Part shown: positions 29,984-39,358 of the stretch, in pieces
Numbering within the stretch: position 1 is the first letter of the stretch
Layout: the number at the start of each line of letters is the position of its first letter
NCBI GenBank assembly: GCA_965368975.1
Contig: CBDUPA010000024.1
Span: 1-64,000 of the forward strand
Length of the DNA: 64,000 bases
Direction of reading: 5' to 3'
Source of the DNA: an uncultured bacterium
GTDB lineage: Bacteria; Acidobacteriota; Thermoanaerobaculia; Multivoradales; JAHZIX01
The notes under the pieces: generated by a model
Databases searched by the model: none
Told to the model about the DNA's origin: nothing
Seen by the model: the letters and a program-made list of their open reading frames with translations, nothing else
Made by a program: the position numbers and the translations under genes

Positions 29984-32900
29984 CGCGTTTTTCCTCTCCA
30001 ATCGCCGAGGTGGATAAAGCCCGCCCAGTGTGACACTGGCATGCCGTTCTCAATCAGCTGCTTCTGCGCTGCCCGCAGCGCTGCGGCGGGGCGCAGGCCC
30101 TGCTGGTACATGCCGCTGTAGAAGCGCGTCATCAAGTCTGCTGTGGCGTTGTCATCGACCTTCCACACACTCACCACCAGACGCGGTGCGCCGGCAACCA
30201 GGAAGGCGTGTGCCAGGCTCTGGACGCCTTCGCCGCGTAGCTCTCTGCCCTGGCCCGTATCGCATGCGCTGAGCACCACCAAGTCTGCTCGCAACCGAAG
30301 GCGGGCGATCCGCTGGACATAAAGGTAGCCGTCCTGGGCTTCGCCTTGTTCGTTCCACAGCGACAACACCAGTCCGGAGAGTTCCGGATGCTGGTTGTGT
30401 ACTAGGCCGTGCGTAGCGAAGTGCAGGATCCGGAAGTCGTCTAGCTGAACTCGGTCGAGGGTGGTTCGGCTGGCTGTAAAGCCCAGAGCCGAGAACGCGG
30501 GCCGGTCCCCGATCAGCGCGAGTATGGCTTCTGCCTCGCGCCGGGTACCAGGTAGGCGCGGCAAAGTGACGCGCCCATCGCTCAAGGCCCCGCGCAGGCG
30601 TTCACTCGGGATGTCTAGCTTTGTCGCAGTGTTACCGTTCCGTGGGTCGCTGGAGGAGTACACCGCGTCGGCGAGCAAGAACAAGTCCTGAGAAGGGGTC
30701 GTACGCTGCTCCAGGATGGGTTGTAGTGCGGCGAGGACGGTCACTGATGGAACCTGGACTACTTCGTAATCCTGGATCAGGAAGTTGCTTCCGCCACCAG
30801 GGGCGCGGAGGGCAGCGAAGGGGAGAGCGTGTAGCGGCCCGTCTGCACTGATCACCAAGCGAGATTTTGGCGCCCAGCGCGCTAGCGGGCCGAGCAGGAT
30901 CGTGCTGAGGTCGGCTTCCAATGCTCCCGCGGTAGTTGCGCCCTGACTCCAAGCATCGTGCAGTCGACGAACCTTCTGTTCCAACTCGGAGCGAGGTGGT
31001 AACCGAGCGTGTTGGAATTGGTGGTCGTCGATGTACCAAAGGTGACTTTGGTTTTCTCCAAGCTGATAGCTGACGAGGGCGGTGTCTTCGTTGAGCCAGT
31101 CTGCGCGTAGCTGTTGCAGTGTCAGAGAAGGTGGGTCGTTGAGATTCCGATAGTGGCGGCTGTCGACGCGGATCTCTGCATCGAGCATCTTGTACTGGTG
31201 CTGGACGGCGGTCAGTTGCGTCTCGATGGCCTCACGCTGCTCGGCAGGTACCTGCGGGCGCATCGTCCTCAAGCGTCGCTCCTGGAGCTCGTCGATCTCG
31301 GTCTCCAGGTCGCGCAGCCGGGCCAGAGTTGCCGGGGCGACATCGCTGTAGAGATCGACGTGCTGTTCCTGGAGCTGGTCGAGAAGGAGACGGGCCTTGG
31401 CACGGTCGGAGGCCTGCCAGGCGAGAACGCTGTAGTCCGGCAAGTCCGGACCGCTTTCGGCGATTACCACTGCTTCGGCCTCGAGTCGGATTCGATCGTC
31501 CATCGGAGGAGACGGTTGACCGAGTTCCGCCAAGACCTCGACGTGGAGCTCGTGGTAATGGTGCTTGATCGCCTGGAGCTCGCCGCGCAGCTGGCGATTC
31601 GGGTGTTGCTGGCGCAGTTGCTCCGTGAGTCCTAGGGCGCGCTCGATGTGATGGAGTGCCGTCTGGAGGTCACGCTGCTGGCGTTGAACCCAAGCGAGGC
31701 CGAAGTGGCAGGATGCTTGGACTTGAAGGATTTTTTGCTCTTCGGCGAGTTTCAGGGCCGAGTCGAAATGGGCAATCGACCCTTCGAGGTCGCCGGTCAA
31801 GCCGAGCGTTCGGCCCAGGTTGGCTCGAGCCAAGGCGATTCCAGGTGGAAATTTCGCCTTCTCAGCCAGTTCGACGGCCTGTTGGAGGTACCGAACGCTT
31901 TCGTCGTAGCCACCGAAGCGTCGGTACAGCTGGCCCAGGCTGTTGAGCGCCTGCAGCTGACCAGCAACCAGCCCATGCTGGCTGAAGAAATCCAGGGCCT
32001 GGCGATGGCTGGCTGCGGCGGTGCGCAGGTTGTTTCCCGCTTCTGCCAGGCGGGCGCGCGCTAGGATCACCTCGTCGCGAAGGGTAGGAGGCAAGCTCTC
32101 CAGGTCGGCGATAGGGTCGAGTAGATGGGCCGCATCGTCTGCCAGGTTGAGGGTCAGGTAGACGTTGGCGGCGCGAACGCGCAGGCGGATCTCCATCTCC
32201 CGCCTCGCCGGCTGCATTTCGGCTCGTGCGAGGGCGTCGAGATAGAGGCGCAAGGCCTGTTCCTGCTCGCCGAAGAGTTCGCGTACCTGCCCCTCGTTCT
32301 GCAGGGCAGCCGCAAGGCCGGCTTCATCTTGGTGCTGGGTCGCAAGCTGGCCGGCCTGTTGGAAGTGCGCGATGGCGGTGGTCGCATCTCCGGCCTTGCG
32401 CAGTGCCTCACCGAGATCGTTGTGGATGGTCACGAGCCAGATCTCACCCTCTGTGCCCAACTCTTCGAAGTGACCGCGTGCTGCCTCCAGTGGCACCAGG
32501 GCGGCCCCGCTCTGGTTGGCTCGCAGCAGTGCCTTTCCTTGCGCGCGCAAACTGAAGGCCAACCAGTCGCGCACCTGCAATTGCTGCCAGAGTTCGGCGG
32601 CAACGGCGAACTCGCTGGCTGCGACTAGATGATCGGTAGCTCGAAGCAGGCGTCCACGCGCGTAAGCCCTCTCGGCGTCCTGCTGTTGATGATGAACAGG
32701 GCCAACCGGGCTTTCGATTCGCAACGTGATCCGGCAGGTTCCGCTGCTGACTGCCGTCGAGGCGATGCGCAGTTGACGGCGGATCGTCTGTGCCCCATGG
32801 TGAACCACAGACAGCCTCTCGGTGCCACGGATGCTGGTCGGACGGTCCACCTCGATCTCGACGTTGCCCTCGGCATCGAGCAATCGGAGCGCGACATCTA

Positions 32901-33141
32901 CTCCTTGTTGTTCCGCCTCGATTTGACCAAAGGTGTTCGGTGGTAGGTCGAATTCGAAGTCCTGCCTGTCTTCGGCTGCGAAAGCAGTCGTAACAGGGGT
33001 GTCGGGAAGCAGCAGCATAGACTCCTCCGAAAGGGAACGCGAAGAGTGGTCTCCAGGCACACCTGGAACAATGCTGGCCAACGCTAGGAACAGACCGCCC
33101 GCCAGCTGCGAGAACGAAAACCGAATCGGGAATACACGCAT
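29980..33141 (-). CDS. Exported TPR-CHAT protease
   Basis: Signal-like N-terminus, EQQGVDVALRL beta domain, TPR array, ADGPLHALPFAAL, HFATHG, VVLSACDTG, SVWKVDD, HWAGF. Confidence 0.92.
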   Translation of the reverse strand: MRVFPIRFSFSQLAGGLFLALASIVPGVPGDHSSRSLSEESMLLLPDTPVTTAFAAEDRQDFEFDLPPNTFGQIEAEQQGVDVALRLLDAEGNVEIEVDRPTSIRGTERLSVVHHGAQTIRRQLRIASTAVSSGTCRITLRIESPVGPVHHQQQDAERAYARGRLLRATDHLVAASEFAVAAELWQQLQVRDWLAFSLRAQGKALLRANQSGAALVPLEAARGHFEELGTEGEIWLVTIHNDLGEALRKAGDATTAIAHFQQAGQLATQHQDEAGLAAALQNEGQVRELFGEQEQALRLYLDALARAEMQPARREMEIRLRVRAANVYLTLNLADDAAHLLDPIADLESLPPTLRDEVILARARLAEAGNNLRTAAASHRQALDFFSQHGLVAGQLQALNSLGQLYRRFGGYDESVRYLQQAVELAEKAKFPPGIALARANLGRTLGLTGDLEGSIAHFDSALKLAEEQKILQVQASCHFGLAWVQRQQRDLQTALHHIERALGLTEQLRQQHPNRQLRGELQAIKHHYHELHVEVLAELGQPSPPMDDRIRLEAEAVVIAESGPDLPDYSVLAWQASDRAKARLLLDQLQEQHVDLYSDVAPATLARLRDLETEIDELQERRLRTMRPQVPAEQREAIETQLTAVQHQYKMLDAEIRVDSRHYRNLNDPPSLTLQQLRADWLNEDTALVSYQLGENQSHLWYIDDHQFQHARLPPRSELEQKVRRLHDAWSQGATTAGALEADLSTILLGPLARWAPKSRLVISADGPLHALPFAALRAPGGGSNFLIQDYEVVQVPSVTVLAALQPILEQRTTPSQDLFLLADAVYSSSDPRNGNTATKLDIPSERLRGALSDGRVTLPRLPGTRREAEAILALIGDRPAFSALGFTASRTTLDRVQLDDFRILHFATHGLVHNQHPELSGLVLSLWNEQGEAQDGYLYVQRIARLRLRADLVVLSACDTGQGRELRGEGVQSLAHAFLVAGAPRLVVSVWKVDDNATADLMTRFYSGMYQQGLRPAAALRAAQKQLIENGMPVSHWAGFIHLGDWRGKTR

Positions 33142-33201
33142 CGCTAGACTACGCGAGATCGGCGTCCGAAAGAGACCAGACCCGGCATGCCCCCCTCGTG
33201 T

Positions 33202-34251
33202 TCAGGATCTAGGCGGAGTCGGCTCGACCCCTGGTGGCAGCAGTCGTATCCGTAGGTCCAGAGGTTCCGGTTCGCCGGAGAGTCGCAGGCGCAGCAGACC
33301 ATCGTCTTGCAACAGCGACCGAGGGAGGTTGACGTTGAGCTGGTCGTTCTTGGGCCAGTGCTCAGCAAGACTCAAGAGAACTGTGCCGTCTGCAGCAAGG
33401 AGCTGTAACTCTAGGGTTGGGGCCACGGTGGGCAGAATCGGCAGCTCGATGTTGACGGAGGCCACCGGCCTGCTGCTGTGCGGAACCTGGACCTCACCGA
33501 TCTCTGCGCGCTGACCCGCAAAGCGCGCGATCGTCTCCGGTTGGATGCTGACAGCCTGGTATTCCCCCAACTCCCGCTGCGCTCCCCACCATCCCCATCC
33601 CACCCCCACCAACGCCACGGCCAGCACCGCCGCCAACGCCCGCAGCCACACCGGGGACGTCGGTGTCCGGCGCGCTGCCAGGTTGACGACGTTGTCGACG
33701 CGACCAGCGCCTCCGCCGCCAGCCGTGTGCGCGGCTAGAGCCGTCAGGGCGGGGCGAATGGCCTCTTGGATCCAGTCCTGGTACAGGGGATCGAAATCGT
33801 CGTCTTCCTGGCGTGCCGAGGGGTCCAAGGTGCCGGATTCGAAGGCTTCGTGCACTTCGACGGCTCGTCGAAGCAAGGCTGCCGGCAACTGGCCGACACA
33901 GTGAGCATCGGCCAGGGCCGGGGTGCGGGCCTCGGTTTCGGCGAGGAAGGCACAGCGGAGCGTGAGGGGGCCGGGGAAGAAATCGGCCGGAACGCGCAGG
34001 TCGCTGATTCCAGTCCACTCCCGGTCGTCTGCTGGAATCAGGGTCAGCGCTTGGTCCTGCGTTTTCAAGACCAGCCACCAGAGCGCCGCTTCGCAGGTCG
34101 GAAGGACCAGCAGGTCTCCCGGCTGCAGGGTGGCGCCGTGCCGCTGTGCCGGGCGGCTGAGCCGCAGTGCAGCCTCGCCGGTCTGCAGACGCAGACGCTC
34201 TCGACGCTCAGCGGCGTAAGGGCTCGAGGGGGGTAGGCCTCCTTGCTTCAA
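33202..34251 (-). CDS. Single-pass membrane protein, putative anti-sigma/substrate partner
   Basis: GGGGAG RBS and TTG at 34251, 14 bp after the upstream stop; cytoplasmic N-domain, TM (WLRALAAVLAVALVGVGWGWWG), beta-rich C-domain. Confidence 0.65.
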   Translation of the reverse strand: MKQGGLPPSSPYAAERRERLRLQTGEAALRLSRPAQRHGATLQPGDLLVLPTCEAALWWLVLKTQDQALTLIPADDREWTGISDLRVPADFFPGPLTLRCAFLAETEARTPALADAHCVGQLPAALLRRAVEVHEAFESGTLDPSARQEDDDFDPLYQDWIQEAIRPALTALAAHTAGGGGAGRVDNVVNLAARRTPTSPVWLRALAAVLAVALVGVGWGWWGAQRELGEYQAVSIQPETIARFAGQRAEIGEVQVPHSSRPVASVNIELPILPTVAPTLELQLLAADGTVLLSLAEHWPKNDQLNVNLPRSLLQDDGLLRLRLSGEPEPLDLRIRLLPPGVEPTPPRS

Positions 34252-34265
34252 ACTCGTCTCCCCGG

Positions 34266-35381
34266 TCAGTTGGGTGGCTCTCGCCGGCAGCCTTGGAGTA
34301 GCCGTCCGAGAGTGGCGTAGAGCTCCGCCAGCCGGTCGCGGGGGATGTCGAGCAATTCCGACACCTTGCGCCGCGACGGGAAGTCGTCGAGATCTTCCAG
34401 GCTGGCGGTGCGGCCATTCGGCAGTCTCAGCTCTCCGGCGGTACTCTCGGCACTGAACACACACAGGAAGCGCCAAAGGCGGTGTAGGTAGTCCAGGGTG
34501 CGGTGGCGAGCAGGCAGGTTGTCGATGGCGTCCTCGACGCAGCGTACCAGGGCGCGGAAGACGTTGTGGGCTTCGAAGTCGCAGGCCTCTGGCTGGACTT
34601 GGCGCAGGATCTGACCCAGGTCACTGTCCGCGTGCTCCTGGGGGACCACTTCACCGGCTTCGTAGAGCAGGGTGCTCCAGTGCGAGCGCACGTAGCGCTT
34701 GATGACGTCGAGCAGCTGCTTGACGGTGAAGCCGTGGATGCCTTCCGAGCGCAGTTGGGGCAGTTGGGAACGCAGCCTCTCGGCGACTTGCCGTCGCCGC
34801 TTGCCACGCGCGGTGATCAGGTCGGGCAGCAGGTCCTGAGCCCACACGGGCACGACCCGGTCGAGGCTCTGTTCGATGTCGGGCTCGATGACGCCGCTGT
34901 CCGTGAAGCTGAGCCGCGTGTCGTTGCGCAGCACGCTGGTGCCGCCCAGGACGCGCAGCTGGCCGGCGTCGACAGCGCCCTTGAGCGCGGAGTGTGCCAC
35001 CTCGAAGACCCGGTAGCCCAGGGGGTCGTTGGTGCGTTGACGCTCGAAGACGAAGTGCTTGATGTTGAGCCGGACGAGGCCGTCGATGTCGTCTTTGACT
35101 TCGAGCTGGTGGAGTAGCGCGTTCAGCCGATCTAGAAAGATGTAGGTATACGCATCCGCCGTCAGCTCTTCCAGCGCGTCGCCGCGCTCGCTGTGTTCAT
35201 ACCAGTGGCCATAGCCATGTACGCCCAGGTAGCTGGGTGGGCTTTCCCACAGTCCACGGCGATTCAGTTCGCGCTTCAGCCAGGCACGTAGGGCCTGCCA
35301 GACGAGGCGAAAAGTTTCGTTGTCGGGTGGCTCGCCCTGTGGGTCGAGCTGCCGCACGTAATCGGTAAATAGACCGTCCAA
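34266..35381 (-). CDS. Atypical sigma factor-like protein with C-terminal HTH
   Basis: Region 2-like DALEELTADAY...; region 4-like LVRCVEDAIDNLP and PSRRKVSELLDIPRDRL; GGAGGGAG RBS with TTG start. Confidence 0.65.
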   Translation of the reverse strand: MDGLFTDYVRQLDPQGEPPDNETFRLVWQALRAWLKRELNRRGLWESPPSYLGVHGYGHWYEHSERGDALEELTADAYTYIFLDRLNALLHQLEVKDDIDGLVRLNIKHFVFERQRTNDPLGYRVFEVAHSALKGAVDAGQLRVLGGTSVLRNDTRLSFTDSGVIEPDIEQSLDRVVPVWAQDLLPDLITARGKRRRQVAERLRSQLPQLRSEGIHGFTVKQLLDVIKRYVRSHWSTLLYEAGEVVPQEHADSDLGQILRQVQPEACDFEAHNVFRALVRCVEDAIDNLPARHRTLDYLHRLWRFLCVFSAESTAGELRLPNGRTASLEDLDDFPSRRKVSELLDIPRDRLAELYATLGRLLQGCRREPPN

Positions 35382-35493
35382 ATGAACTCCCTCCGAACAA
35401 GGGCTCCCCGCAGGGATCCTACAGCATCCCGCGTCGACGAAATTCTTTTCCTCCGTTTCCGGCCAAAGTTGATTGTTAGTGCGTTAGGCAGGG

Positions 35494-35520
35494 GTGAGTC
35501 GAAAAAATAGATTGACTCGC
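35494..35520. promoter_or_regulatory. Inverted repeat in AT-rich divergent promoter region
   Basis: gtGAGTCga-N9-ttGACTCgc. Confidence 0.35.
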
Positions 35521-35610
35521 GTTTCGAAGTTCAGAAGCAGTGCCTGAGGCCCGTGAATAAGGGGCTTTGGGGAAAATTACAGAGGTTCTCTGTTAACCGG
35601 AGGTTTGTCA

Positions 35611-36714
35611 ATGTTTGGAAGTAGTTCATTTGGTGTATTTGTTTCCGTGCGTGTTTTTCTAGTGTCTTGCGTGGTGGTTGTGGGGGTCGGGCTCTCGGGT
35701 GCTGAGCTGCTGGCTCAGAGCTCGGAGCCCGGCCCTGGTCTCAGCCGACACGCGCTAGGCACTTCCCCACTCGGCATCTCGGCCGACGGGCTGCGCACGG
35801 TACGTGGGGCTGAAGGCCCCGAGAGTGACTCGGGAGTTTGTGTTGCCACCGCGGCGGCGCAGCTGAACCGCATCCTGCCGCACTACGAGGGCATGATCCG
35901 GCGACCGGGTGACGCGTCGAGTCTCGACAAGTCGACCACGACCTACAGCGCGGACGTCATCACCTTCACCGCTTCGCCTACCGGCGGTTGCTCGGCGCAT
36001 GTGGTGGAAGATGTCGACGAGTACGACGCTGACCTGGTGTCGATCTCCTTCAGCCCGCTGTGTGGTTCCAGCGTTACTCAGGAGACCGGTAGTGAAGACG
36101 ACTACCTGACGCTCGATCCCACCGCCACCAGCGGCTGTACCGCGCACGTGGTGGAGGATGTCGACGAGTACGATGCTGACCTGGCGCAGGTCACCTTCGA
36201 TGGCGGTGGCTGTGACGGCACGCTGACGGAGAGCTCGTCGAGCATCTACGTGCTGGACGGCACGGCCGGTTTCGACGCCGAGGTGCTGGCCATCCGCTTC
36301 GCCCGGACCTGCAGCGCCACCATGGCGCCGATCGCCGGCTTCGGCCCGCGCCTGGCGCTCACCTTCGATGGCGGCTGCAGTGCCAGCCTGGCAGACGACA
36401 TCGATGCGGCACAGGTCGACGTCGTCACCCTGACCGTGCTCAGCGCCGGCTTCCTGCGCCTGCAGGCCGACGGTGCCGAGCTCGACGCGGTGCTCTTCGA
36501 CGCCGGCGATTGGCTGGACGGCGCGCCGTTCTCCGAGGATGCGGCGGTGAGTGCGGGACGTCTGAGCCGCGACGGCAGCCTCTTCCTGCCGGTGGTGCCG
36601 GGCGCCTACACGCTGCACCTGCGCGGGGCGGCCGGCTTCGCTGGCGCCTACGAACTGCAGGCTGATTTGTTCGACGCTCCGGCGCCGGACGGTGGTCTCT
36701 GCGGCGACCGCTGA
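35611..36714 (+). CDS. Secreted acidic protein with internal 49 aa repeat
   Basis: GGAGG RBS; hydrophobic N-terminus; GCxAHVVEDVDEYDADL twice; C-terminal PGAYTL..GAYEL PPC-like domain. Confidence 0.75.
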   Translation: MFGSSSFGVFVSVRVFLVSCVVVVGVGLSGAELLAQSSEPGPGLSRHALGTSPLGISADGLRTVRGAEGPESDSGVCVATAAAQLNRILPHYEGMIRRPGDASSLDKSTTTYSADVITFTASPTGGCSAHVVEDVDEYDADLVSISFSPLCGSSVTQETGSEDDYLTLDPTATSGCTAHVVEDVDEYDADLAQVTFDGGGCDGTLTESSSSIYVLDGTAGFDAEVLAIRFARTCSATMAPIAGFGPRLALTFDGGCSASLADDIDAAQVDVVTLTVLSAGFLRLQADGAELDAVLFDAGDWLDGAPFSEDAAVSAGRLSRDGSLFLPVVPGAYTLHLRGAAGFAGAYELQADLFDAPAPDGGLCGDR

Positions 36715-36760
36715 CGCTATCGACGTGCACCGGTGTGCGCGCCGGTCGTGTGCAACTCGA

Positions 36761-36794
36761 TCCCCCCTCGGCCTCAGGTCGAGGGGGAGTTTCT
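36761..36794 (+). terminator. Hairpin, possible terminator
   Basis: ccccctcg gcctcaggt cgaggggg followed by agtttct. Confidence 0.5.
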
Positions 36795-36822
36795 GCGTAG
36801 GCTCTATGACAGACTGAGGGCC

Positions 36823-37038
36823 ATGGAGAAGACGCAGCCTTCGCCGCCATGGAACCCAGTGGTACCGAACGCGCCGCCATCGAAGTCAGCAGCGGAGCAG
36901 CAACGTATCGAGCGCGTCGCCCGCTCGGCGGTCGAGCTGCACCCGTGCGTGTGGGCGGAGTTTATCGAGCACGCTTGCGGTGACGACCGACTGCTGGAGC
37001 GCGATGTCGTGCGCCGTCTCGAGCTGCGCTTGAAGTAG
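36823..37038 (+). CDS. Small protein resembling the N-terminal module of Ser/Thr kinases
   Basis: GAGG before ATG 36823; RIERV...AVEL...AEFIEHACGDDRLLERDV..L pattern. Confidence 0.55.
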   Translation: MEKTQPSPPWNPVVPNAPPSKSAAEQQRIERVARSAVELHPCVWAEFIEHACGDDRLLERDVVRRLELRLK

Positions 37039-37063
37039 AAGGTAGCGCCCGCGAGAGAAGGCC

Positions 37064-38041
37064 TTACCAGTTCAGCAAGCGGGCGAAGATCAACGGTGCG
37101 ACGATGGTGGCATCGGACTCGATGATGAACTTCGGCGTGTCCACCTCCAGCTTGCCCCAGGTGATTTTCTCGTTGGGCACGGCGCCGGAGTAGGAGCCGT
37201 AGCTGGTCGTCGAGTCGCTGATCTGGCAGAAGTAGCCCCACATCGGGATGTCTTCCAGGTCCAGATCCTGGTGCAACATCGGCACCACGCAGATCGGGAA
37301 GTCACCGGCGATGCCGCCGCCGATCTGGAAGAAGCCGATCGAACCTTGTTCGCTGGTCGCCTGGTACCAGCGTGCCAATTGCATCATGTACTCGATGCCG
37401 CTGCGCACGGTGCGCGGGTCTTTCAGCTCGCCGGCCAGGCAGGCGGCTGCGAAGAAGTTGCCGAGCGTCGAGTCTTCCCAACCAGGGACGAAGATCGGCA
37501 AGTCCTTCTCCGCGGCGGCGACCATCCAGCTGTTCCTCGGGTCGATCTGGTAGTGCTCTTCGAGACTGCCCGAGCGCAGAACCCGGTACAGGAACTCATG
37601 CGGGAAGTGGCGCCGCCCTTCTTGGTCCGCGGCGCACCACTCGCGCTTGACGTGCACCTCCAGCCGCCGCATCGCTTCTTCCTCGGGGATGCAAGTATCG
37701 GTGACCCGGTTGAGGTGACGGTCGAGGAGCTCCTGCTCCTGCTGTGGCGTCAGATCCCGGTAGTGGGGCACGCGCACGTAGTGGTCGTGGGCCACCAGGT
37801 TGAACAGATCTTCCTCCAGGTTGGCACCGGTGCAGCTGATGGCGTGGACCTTGTCTTGGCGGATCAGCTCGGCCAAGGACAGCCCGAGCTCAGCGGTACT
37901 CATCGCACCGGCCAGGCACACCAGCATCTTGCCGCCATCCTCGAGGTGTGCGGCGTAGGCGTCAGCGGCGTCGACCAGGGCAGCGGCGTTGAAGTGGCGG
38001 TAATGGTGGTGGATGAACTGGGTAACGGGACCTTGGCTCAT
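37064..38041 (-). CDS. Deoxyhypusine synthase family protein
   Basis: AGAMST, SCTGANLEED, DSTLG, IGGG, SYSGAVPNEKITWGK, ESDATIVAPL. Confidence 0.9.
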   Translation of the reverse strand: MSQGPVTQFIHHHYRHFNAAALVDAADAYAAHLEDGGKMLVCLAGAMSTAELGLSLAELIRQDKVHAISCTGANLEEDLFNLVAHDHYVRVPHYRDLTPQQEQELLDRHLNRVTDTCIPEEEAMRRLEVHVKREWCAADQEGRRHFPHEFLYRVLRSGSLEEHYQIDPRNSWMVAAAEKDLPIFVPGWEDSTLGNFFAAACLAGELKDPRTVRSGIEYMMQLARWYQATSEQGSIGFFQIGGGIAGDFPICVVPMLHQDLDLEDIPMWGYFCQISDSTTSYGSYSGAVPNEKITWGKLEVDTPKFIIESDATIVAPLIFARLLNW

Positions 38042-38136
38042 GATCTGTCTCCTCGGCGGATCGTCGGACCGGCTGGGCGCTAGCTTCCGCACTGGGGCCA
38101 GCGAGCTCTGAAGAAGGAAACCCTATCAAGAATTTT

Positions 38137-39213
38137 TCAGGGTTGGTGTTCGGCCTGCTGGCGGTTCTGCTGCATCTGTAGCGGTACCTTCGATGCGGCA
38201 CCAGGGATCTCGCGCACCAGCTTGGGGACCAGGTAGCCCGGTAAGCGGGCCAGTAAGCCGCCGTAGAGACCCAGGGCCTCGAGCTCGGGAACATCGAAGT
38301 GGTGTGCGCCCTGCACTGGGTCGAGCAGGTTGAGGTAGTAGGGCAGCGCGCCGCATTCGAAGAGGCGTTCACTCAGCCGGGCCAGGGTCTCGACGTTGTC
38401 GTTGACGCCGCGCAGCAGTACTGCCTGATTTAGCACCGTGACGCCGGAAGCGCGCAGGCGACCGATGGCGGCGGCGACCTCGGCATCCAGCTCTCGAGCA
38501 TGGTTGGCATGGAGCACCAGCACCGGCGTCAAGCGTCCGCCGGTCAGCCAGGCGAGCAGCGCATCGTCGACGCGCGCGGGCAGCACCACGGGCTGGCGGC
38601 TGTGTACGCGCAAGCGCCGCAGGTGCGGGATGGCGGCCAGTTCGCCAGCCAGCCGCGCCAGGGTGTCGTCGTGCAGCGACAGTGGATCGCCGCCGCTGAG
38701 CAGAACTTCCGTGATCGACGGGTCGGCCGCCAGGTAGTCGAGGGCTGCTTGGTGCTGCGAGCGGTGGACGGCCTGGTCAGCGTAAGGAAAGTGGCGGCGG
38801 AAGCAGTAGCGGCAGTGGATGGCGCAGGCACCGGTGAGCACCAGCAGGGCACGCCCACGGTACTTGTGGAGCAGGCCGGGGACGCCGGGGCTCGCCTCGG
38901 TCTCGGCCTTCGAGGTTCCGACCTCGGCCAAGGGGTCGCGAGAAAAACCCGCCACGGCCTCCTGCTCGACGTCTCGCGGCAATACCTGCAGCAGCAGCGG
39001 ATCGCGTGCATCACCCCGCCGCATGCGAGCGACGAAGCCACGCGGCACGCGCAACGGGAATTGCTGCTGCGCACCACGGGTGGCCAGCACGGAAGGCACG
39101 TCGACATCTTGGCGGTCGAGGTCGAGCAGGCTCAGTAGCTCGTCGAGGTCGGTGACGGCGTCCGCCAGCTGGCGCTGCCAGAGTGGTACATCCCGGTGTG
39201 CACGCGATATCAT
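38137..39213 (-). CDS. epmB: EF-P beta-lysylation lysine 2,3-aminomutase
   Basis: [52 protein letters not shown]; divergent from efp. Confidence 0.93.
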   Translation of the reverse strand: MISRAHRDVPLWQRQLADAVTDLDELLSLLDLDRQDVDVPSVLATRGAQQQFPLRVPRGFVARMRRGDARDPLLLQVLPRDVEQEAVAGFSRDPLAEVGTSKAETEASPGVPGLLHKYRGRALLVLTGACAIHCRYCFRRHFPYADQAVHRSQHQAALDYLAADPSITEVLLSGGDPLSLHDDTLARLAGELAAIPHLRRLRVHSRQPVVLPARVDDALLAWLTGGRLTPVLVLHANHARELDAEVAAAIGRLRASGVTVLNQAVLLRGVNDNVETLARLSERLFECGALPYYLNLLDPVQGAHHFDVPELEALGLYGGLLARLPGYLVPKLVREIPGAASKVPLQMQQNRQQAEHQP

Positions 39214-39358
39214 GAGCGGCCGTCCCGTGGACGCAAGAGATCTTCGACTTCCCGGACGCTCACGGTACGGTCCAGCCCCCATCGAGACAGCGGTCGAAGA
39301 GCATCCCGTTCAAGAAACACCATCGCGGTGCAAGCATAGCGGCAACGCAGGAGGAATG

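Noticed and set aside
26517-37038. Type III-E CRISPR (Craspase) locus
   Set aside because: No Cas7-11, other cas genes or repeat-spacer array; only the protease/sigma logic is analogous.
38819-39358. Apparent 180 aa N-terminal extension of EF-P
   Set aside because: Overlaps epmB antisense; a clear RBS precedes ATG 39359.
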